Shown here piece after piece: positions 62,176 through 64,000 of a stretch of DNA of 64,000 nt; positions within the stretch are counted from its first letter, which is position 1; each line of letters begins with the position of its first letter. Under the pieces are notes generated by a model that was given only the letters and a program-made list of their open reading frames with translations, made no database searches and was not told the DNA's origin. The DNA comes from Chara braunii (taxonomy: Eukaryota; Plantae; Charophyceae), in NCBI GenBank assembly GCA_003427395.1, contig BFEA01000025.1, positions 2,305,151 to 2,369,150 of the forward strand. Direction: 5' to 3'. The position numbers and the translations under genes are program-made.

Positions 62176-64000
62176 CCCTACACACCACGCATTACGCCAC
62201 AACACTCACACTTACCACGCATAACACATGGACACACACAAAACAACCACTACAAACAACACCACGACACAACAATACTCATAGTCCCTTCAGTATCCGA
62301 CCCATAACTCTATGCAGCAAGAATCAGATAGGTATCGCGCGCTGGATTTCCTTATAAGTACCGAGCGAGCGCATGACCTCCTCATATCAACCAGTCATGC
62401 GGGCATACGCAAGCACTCGCGCTGATGGGGTACTATGTAGTACTCGTAGCCTCACGACCCTTGATAATCTCGAGGGTCGCGTTCGACGCTCAAGTGTCGG
62501 CTGACAGGCGCTTTGAGGGGTAATCTCTCGACGCCAGACAACNGCCATGTGCGGTTGAAGACCACACCCTCTTGTGCACCCTGTGCAGAGGGGTTGAGTA
62601 GACAACTCCAAGTTGTCGTGGCGGTCAAATATCAAGGGGTTTGACTTTGACGCCTGCCACGGACTACAACGTCCAACCATAACAACTCTAAGAAGCAAAA
62701 GGTCAAAGGGGACCTTTTTTCTCTCAGTGCAACACCTACTTAATCAGTATGCGCGGCCTCAATGGGTCGTGCGAACACAAGGAAATATGATATAAAAGTT
62801 ATGAGGTAGGAGACGATCAGTCTCACAATCACAGTGTGACTTCCTTCAAACATATATACATATGATCATAAGCAAAACCAAGTCTGGAAGTCAATTCACA
62901 GAACATACCTGCAATCACATCAAAGATTCACATCGACAGAGCACACACTACACGGGGTCAACTTCAACCATTCTCTGCACTCACACCCCTTTGCCTTATC
63001 CACACAAAACCCAAACCTTTGTCCAACTTTCCAAAGTAAAACACTCAGTCCTTTTTAAATGACTATTCAATAAAGTACGGGTAAAAACCCAAAAGAAATA
63101 TTTCAATCCACAGGGGTTGAGGCCTTTAGGTTGAGTAACGAGAATAAATTAGAGTTGAGCCGGAAACCGACCTATTATCAAAGGATAACAGAAGGTGATT
63201 CTTGTAGGATCAATTTGAAGATAGTCAAGACTTGAATCAATATGAATAAAAGTGACCTGCAATGCAGCACAGGCCAATACCCAAGTCATGCTTGAGTCAC
63301 CAGATATAATTCTACCTTCTTAACTAACCTCTGATGTTTATCTAAAAATGTAAGAAATTTCGGTAGTATATCCCCTAAACAGGATGGATTGCCAGACTTC
63401 TCCTAACAGAGAATATTGTAACTTCTTAATTTTTGCAAAATTTCGGCAGCGCTTCCCGTAGGAAAAGTGTCTTCCCAGAATTTCTACGAGTCCAAAAATG
63501 ACTAACTCTTTCAGATTTGTAAAAATTTCGGCAACGCTTCCCGTAGGAAAAGGAGACTGTCAAGATTTATACAAAGGTGAAAACAGAAAGACAAAATGAA
63601 GCTATTCTTGGGACTAACTCCTGACACTTACTTTGAAGGTAGAATCAACGACAATATGTACAACCTCTTGATGACGTTGTGCGATAACACTGATCCTCAC
63701 TCCTAGTAGAGTCAGTCCTATCTTATCCCAAACTTTCCCTCCAATCATCCATCCTACCTGCCTATAGCTCTAGCACTCGGCGAGCACCTAAAGCAACTAA
63801 ACTATCAAAGAGATGCCCCAGAGCGGGCGCCCATAAGCATGCATAACCAAACATATCTCACAATCCCACATTAATTTAGTCAAAGTAGTTCGTTGAATCG
63901 CTCAGACTGTTCCTTGCCTTTTACATCCCCCTTTCCTATGGCATACGGTCAGACAAGGCCCTAACCCTAGGGTATGCCTGACCTGCCTAGGTACTCATTC

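Overview
Repeat-dense eukaryotic genomic DNA of the green plant lineage. The plant-type U2 sequence, kb-scale introns and TE protein style suggest a charophyte alga such as Chara (inference, not verified). The only intact host gene is a 5-exon ALY/REF (THO complex subunit 4) mRNA-export adaptor on the minus strand (41462->34868, 274 aa, all GT-AG junctions in frame). The rest is mostly mobile or repetitive DNA: two decayed Penelope-like (PLE) reverse-transcriptase copies with an LVDD active-site motif and no C-terminal endonuclease, a family of ~300-bp CTAG-targeting MITEs (one nested inverted inside another), a related larger TIR family, a decayed gag-like ORF, several long hairpins, satellites and one assembly gap. 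The main hidden items are (1) a core-intact minimal type I hammerhead ribozyme (2796-2842) about 265 bp upstream of a CCHC zinc-knuckle ORF, suggesting a ribozyme-headed retroelement carrying a gag-like ORF, and (2) three snRNA copies: a full-length U2 replacing a short segment inside a TIR element, a U6 core fragment at the inner edge of an E2F-motif-rich foldback arm, and a 3'-truncated U2. Most short ORFs in the supplied track are repeat artefacts.
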